64,000 nucleotides of DNA from Actinomycetota bacterium. Its GTDB lineage: Bacteria > Actinomycetota > UBA4738. Location: the NCBI GenBank assembly GCA_040414485.1, contig JBEDUK010000053.1, forward strand, positions 3,887 through 67,886, read 5' to 3'. The notes under the pieces were generated by a model, which saw only the letters and a program-made list of their open reading frames with translations, did not search any database and had not been told where the DNA came from. Below, piece after piece: positions 59,956 to 64,000 of this stretch; positions within the stretch are counted from its first letter, which is position 1, and the number at the start of each line of letters is the position of its first letter. Both the position numbers and the translations under genes were made by a program.

Positions 59956-60988
59956 TCCGCTCCCGTGGAGCCGGATGCGCGGGGTCGGCCGACACGCCGA
60001 GCGCACGCGCCGCCGCACCCATCGCGCCGGCCTCATATCCCAATGCGCTCGGACGGAACGCGACGGGCGGGCGGAACGTCGGTGCCTCGATCGCCTGCTC
60101 CATCGCCCGCCTGGCGGGTTCGAGCAGGAGGTCACCGGCCATGGCGGCGCCGCCTGCGACGACGACGACGTCGCAATCGAGCACGTTCACGAGCCCGGCG
60201 ATGCCCTCCCCGAGCCTTCGGCCCACCTCGGCCAGCACCATGATCGCGATCGGATCGCCCGACCGGGCCGCGTCGGCCACGATCGGGCCGCGCACAGCGT
60301 CGGGATCCCCCCCGGCCAGCCGCGCGATCTCAGACTCGGGATGCTCCCGCGCGACCTCACGCCCCATCCGGTCGATGGCGCGGCCGGCCGCGACCTGCTC
60401 CCAGCAGCCCCGGTTTCCGCAGCCGCACAGGGGGCCGTTCGGCTCGACGATGATGTGTCCGATCTCGCCACCGAACCCGTGGGCGCCGCGCATCAGCCGT
60501 CCGTTCGAGACGATCGCGCCGCCGATGCCGGTGCCGACCGTGACGACGAGGAGCTCGCTCGCGCCGCGGCCGGCCCCGTACAGGAACTCGCCCCAGGCCG
60601 CGACGTTGGCGTCGTTGTCGACGGTGGCCGGGAGGCCGAGCGCGTCCTCCAGGTGACGTTTGAGCGGGAACTCGCGCCAGGCGACGTTCGGAGCGAAGCG
60701 CATCACGCCGTCGAACGTGACCATGCCCGCGGCGCCGACGCCGACGCCGGCGACAGCGGGGTTGCGCTCCCGAAGCTGACCCGCGGCCTCGACGAGGAGG
60801 TCGACAGACCCGAGCGGGTCCGTGGCGGGCATCTCGTGCAGGACCCGGTCGTGAACGGCGCCGTCCGCGTCGGCGACCACCCCCAGGACCTTCGTCCCTC
60901 CGGCGTCGAGGCCGATCGCGATCGAGCCGGCCGCTGCGGCGTTCGCCTGCGCCTGTCCCGCTGCGCCCTCAGCCGGGTCCACGATCAC
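59948..60988 (-). CDS. ROK-family sugar kinase (glucokinase-like)
   Basis: GLDAGGTKV…VTVGTGIGGAIV…CGCGNRGCWE (ROK zinc motif). Confidence 0.85.
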   Translation of the reverse strand: MIVDPAEGAAGQAQANAAAAGSIAIGLDAGGTKVLGVVADADGAVHDRVLHEMPATDPLGSVDLLVEAAGQLRERNPAVAGVGVGAAGMVTFDGVMRFAPNVAWREFPLKRHLEDALGLPATVDNDANVAAWGEFLYGAGRGASELLVVTVGTGIGGAIVSNGRLMRGAHGFGGEIGHIIVEPNGPLCGCGNRGCWEQVAAGRAIDRMGREVAREHPESEIARLAGGDPDAVRGPIVADAARSGDPIAIMVLAEVGRRLGEGIAGLVNVLDCDVVVVAGGAAMAGDLLLEPARRAMEQAIEAPTFRPPVAFRPSALGYEAGAMGAAARALGVSADPAHPAPRERNG

Positions 60989-61009
60989 GGGGCTCGCCGG
61001 AGGGCGCCG

Positions 61010-61191
61010 TCACTCGATCGTGATGCGCTCGAGGCCGCCCGACCCGGCCGGCGGGTCCTCGCCGGTCTGCGCCCGCGCGTCGATCAGGCTCTTCAGCGCC
61101 AGGAGCAGCTCGCGGCCGGCAAGGAGCAGGTGTTCGGTGAGTTCCGGCCGCACGTCGCCCATGGCGGTGACGACCGCGCAGATCGGGCACA
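61010..61191 (-). CDS. possible small Cys-motif protein (C-x4-C-x2-C) with a C-terminal helix
   Basis: Present only as the 3' tail of a long shadow ORF: …HGVVCTVGMCPICAVVTAMGDVRPELTEHLLLAGRELLLALKSLIDARAQ…. Weak. Confidence 0.2.
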
Positions 61192-61620
61192 TGCCCACCG
61201 TGCAGACCACGCCGTGGCCAGACGGGCGAGCGTCGCGTTCGGGATCGGGATCGGACTCGGGCGACTCCTCGCGCGGCTGCTCCGCTCTTCCTCGCTTGGC
61301 GGCCGGCCGACGCGTCGCTCCGCCCGCACGGTCGCTGGAGGGCCTGCGCTTCGGGTCTCGGCGCCGATGCCCGGACCCGGGCCCATCCCCCGCACGCGAC
61401 CGGCCCTCGTTCCCCGCGCGCTCGGTGGAATCGGTCGTGTCGAACGGCGCCGGTGCGAGGAGCGGGTTCGTGTGGCGGCGGCGCTGGTCCGGCGCGCCGA
61501 CGTCGAAGGAGCGGCGTCCGTTCGCCGTCACAGGCGAGCTGACGCCGCCGGCGACCGGCTCCCTGATCTCGATCCCCTCGCGCACGCGGCGCCCGTACTC
61601 TACCCCCACAGCCGCGCGGC

Positions 61621-62814
61621 CTAGCCTGCGGACCCGGCCGCCTGGCGCGGCTCGCGCGCGAAGAGCACCTCGAGCCGGTCCTCGACGAACGTCGCCTCCT
61701 GCACGTCGAGCCGCTGGAGCACCTGGGGGAGCAGCAGATTCCGCTTGTACGGCCCGACGCTGACGAACAGCTCCTCGCCCTTGCGGAACACGTCCAGGTC
61801 CGTGCGGTCCACGAACGGAAGCCGCATGGAGAGCACGTACGAGCCGCCGCGCTTGCGGACGCGGATCGGTTCGTCGCGATGGAGGATGTCGACAGCCGGC
61901 TTCTCGCCGTAGACCTCCTGCCCCATGTTGTCGAGCAGCGGGATACCCACCATCTCGCGGTCGAACAGGCGCACCGGAAAGATTGGTACTGGGTCGAAGG
62001 ACTCGTTGATGGTCTTCAGGTGCTCCGCCTGGATGTCCTTCCACTTGCCGAAGTACGGGTCGCTGACCTCCTCCGGGATGATCCGGTTGACCACGACCGC
62101 ATCGACGCGATAGCCGAACAGGCTGAGGTAGGTGTAGGTCCTGCGAGCCTCCGCGATCACCATCTTCTCCGGGTTCACGACCAGACGGATCGAGGACATC
62201 CGTTCGTTGGTCAACAGCTGCCGGACGCCGTCGAGGTTGCGGTGCAGTCGTTCGACGGCGGCGAAGATGCGGTCGTCGGCGATCGGCATGGAGGTCAGGC
62301 GCGACAGAAGCGGCCGGATCGTCTTCACCACGCGGCGTTCCACTGGGAAGATGCGCTCGATGTACCAGTTCATCGCCTCGGGCAGGCTGAGAAGCCGGAG
62401 CGTCTCGGCGGTCGGCGCGCAGTCGATGACGAGCGTGTCGAATCTGCCGGAGTCCACGTGCGCCTTCACGTCGGTGAGGCTGAAGATCTCGTCGAGTCCC
62501 GGGATGACCGAGAGCTCCTCGGCCTCGATGGCGTCGACGCCGGCCCAGTTCAGGAACGCGATCACGAATTCCTGGATGTCGCGCCAGTTCGCTTCCAGCC
62601 GCTCCTGCGCGTCGATCTGCTCGGCCCACAGGTTCTGGTCGATCTCCTGCGCGCGCGCGGTCAGCGGGATGTCGAACGAGTCCGCGAGCGAGTGCGCCGG
62701 GTCCGTGCTCATGATGAGCGTCCGATGGCCGGCACGGGCCGAGCGAACGGCGGTGGCGGCCGCCACGGTGGTCTTGCCGACGCCGCCCTTCCCGGTGAAC
62801 AGCAGGATTCTCAC
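61621..62814 (-). CDS. ArsA/GET3-family ATPase
   Basis: MRILLFTGKGGVGKTT P-loop. MSTDPAHSL signature. Confidence 0.85.
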   Translation of the reverse strand: MRILLFTGKGGVGKTTVAAATAVRSARAGHRTLIMSTDPAHSLADSFDIPLTARAQEIDQNLWAEQIDAQERLEANWRDIQEFVIAFLNWAGVDAIEAEELSVIPGLDEIFSLTDVKAHVDSGRFDTLVIDCAPTAETLRLLSLPEAMNWYIERIFPVERRVVKTIRPLLSRLTSMPIADDRIFAAVERLHRNLDGVRQLLTNERMSSIRLVVNPEKMVIAEARRTYTYLSLFGYRVDAVVVNRIIPEEVSDPYFGKWKDIQAEHLKTINESFDPVPIFPVRLFDREMVGIPLLDNMGQEVYGEKPAVDILHRDEPIRVRKRGGSYVLSMRLPFVDRTDLDVFRKGEELFVSVGPYKRNLLLPQVLQRLDVQEATFVEDRLEVLFAREPRQAAGSAG

Positions 62815-62941
62815 GTCGTCGAAGACTACTCGGGCGTCGACGAACGCGTCGCGGCCGGCCGTTCAGGTTCGTCTCAGACGGCGGCACAAGCGTCCTCAGA
62901 GCCAAGGAGACCATGATCGATCAGGGAGAGGAGTCATCGCG

Positions 62942-63919
62942 ATGCAGGAGGTGGCGAGCGGCCCGCCCGCACCGGCCGGAGGATGGAGCCTTCCGAGGGG
63001 GGCCCGGATCGCGTCGGCGCTGGCCGGGCTGGGCGGCGCGCTGGCGATCGCGGGCGCGCTCCTTCCCTGGGTGAGCGTGACCCACGGCAGGAAGTCCGAG
63101 GTCCTTCATGGCACGAGTTTCAGCGTGGGCACCCTGACCCTGATCGCCGGGATCGTCCTGGTCCTGTGCACCGTGGTCTGGCTCGCGGTCGCGAGCATGC
63201 GAGCCCGGATCGTCCTCGCCGTCGTCGTGGTGGCGCTGAGCGCCGCCGTCGCGGTCGCGATCGGCGCCGGCCTTGGTACGAAGTCGTTCCTGAATGACGC
63301 CGTCGCGAAATCGAAGCATCACCAGAGGAACGGACAGGCCGCCGGGTCCGGAACGTCAGGCTCGAACCGGCCGGCTTCGGTGACGGGCGCCGCGTATCTG
63401 CCGAACGCACCGGCCGGCTCGAGCTCGAGCGCGGCGACGACCATCCTGGCCGCGGCTCGTTCCGGCGGTGGTCTCGTTGCCCAGGCGGACGCGGCCAAGG
63501 CGAGGAAGAACCGCAAGGTCACGAGCACGCTCGCGGCGGGCGTCTTCATCGCGCTGGCGGGAGGGGTCCTGGCCCTCGTGGGAGGACTGTGGCTGTTGCT
63601 GGCGTCATCCGGAACGCGCGCCCCTGCCGGGCCGTCGGGCGAGCCCGCCGGTTCAGGTCCGCCCGCGCCGACAGAGCCTCCCGCAACGGAGGCGGCGACG
63701 GTGTCGGCCGCGCCGATCGCATCGCAGGCGAACGCCGCGCAGCCCGATCCTGCGCCTTCGCGACCCGTTGCACCGGCGGAGGCGGAGACGACGCAGCTCC
63801 CCCCGGTGCCGGCAGGGTCGGTGCCCGAGGTGCCGGCCGCGCCGGCGGAGCCGGCGGCTCACGAAACCGCGCAGATGAACCCGGTGGTCGATGACGACGG
63901 GCCCATCCGCGAACCCTGA
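62942..63919 (+). CDS. hypothetical 4-TM membrane protein with long Pro/Ala-rich C-terminal tail
   Basis: The start was trimmed from the track ORF because its first 245 codons are antisense to arsA. TM helices, then a low-complexity PAPA-type tail. Confidence 0.5.
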   Translation: MQEVASGPPAPAGGWSLPRGARIASALAGLGGALAIAGALLPWVSVTHGRKSEVLHGTSFSVGTLTLIAGIVLVLCTVVWLAVASMRARIVLAVVVVALSAAVAVAIGAGLGTKSFLNDAVAKSKHHQRNGQAAGSGTSGSNRPASVTGAAYLPNAPAGSSSSAATTILAAARSGGGLVAQADAAKARKNRKVTSTLAAGVFIALAGGVLALVGGLWLLLASSGTRAPAGPSGEPAGSGPPAPTEPPATEAATVSAAPIASQANAAQPDPAPSRPVAPAEAETTQLPPVPAGSVPEVPAAPAEPAAHETAQMNPVVDDDGPIREP

Positions 63920-64000
63920 AGCCGCGCCTCCTGGTAGCGGGTTCGATAGGTACGGGACCACTCCACCGAGCTGCGCCGAGCCGACATCGGTGCTCGCGCA

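Noticed and set aside
61010-62914. 634-aa ORF on the arsA strand
   Set aside because: Different frame from the motif-bearing ArsA ORF (61621..62814). Only its extreme 3' tail is retained, as a low-confidence small ORF.
62207-62941. 5' 245 codons of the 570-aa plus-strand ORF
   Set aside because: Antisense to arsA. The real membrane-protein gene most plausibly starts at the ATG at 62942.

Overview
This 64 kb window is a high-GC (about 70%+) chromosome segment with Actinomycetota-type gene content: a PASTA Ser/Thr kinase, an F420/LLM-type oxidoreductase, an imuA'-imuB-dnaE2 mutasome and a ThiH-type thiamine pathway. It is densely coding, with roughly 55 supportable CDSs, and is dominated by polytopic membrane proteins and sugar-nucleotide enzymes. 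I saw no rRNA, tRNA, CRISPR array, IS element or prophage gene. Many long antisense ORFs in the track are high-GC shadow frames and were rejected. Coordinates of CDS features include the stop codon, as in the ORF track. The printed sequence disagrees with the track at least once (near 20220), so features located by reading the sequence (SOS box, riboswitch, palindromes) may be off by 1-2 nt. The main modules are: (1) the tail of a DUF58/transglutaminase-like operon. (2) An SOS mutagenesis island: dinB divergent from imuA'-imuB-dnaE2, with a near-perfect actinobacterial LexA box (TCGAAC-N4-GTTCGG) overlapping a sigma70-like promoter. (3) A roughly 18 kb locus that I rank as the most interesting and probably undescribed system. 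An unmistakable UDP-sulfoquinovose synthase (SqdB/SQD1) is followed by a Dpm1/GtrB-type polyprenyl-phosphate GT2, instead of the usual SqdX/SqdD sulfolipid glycosyltransferase. Next come four translationally coupled genes (ATGA overlaps): three paralogues of an unclassified GT-C-like membrane protein family plus a YfhO-family protein. Two further paralogues and two tandem PLC/AcpA-family phosphoesterases flank them. This suggests a lipid-linked sulfoquinovose glycosylation pathway for a cell-envelope polymer or protein, or alternatively phosphate-starvation lipid remodelling. (4) A TPP-riboswitch-controlled thiG-thiH-(membrane protein)-thiS-thiE operon. (5) Housekeeping and lipid genes: MFS transporter, PknB-like kinase, endonuclease IV, threonine aldolase, panE, PPi-type PFK, glpK, plsC, esterase, ROK kinase, LLM oxidoreductase and ArsA-like ATPase. 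This part also contains two distant paralogues of a secreted beta-propeller-repeat protein, two sulfite-oxidase-family molybdoenzymes and a cyclic-2,3-diphosphoglycerate-synthetase homologue.
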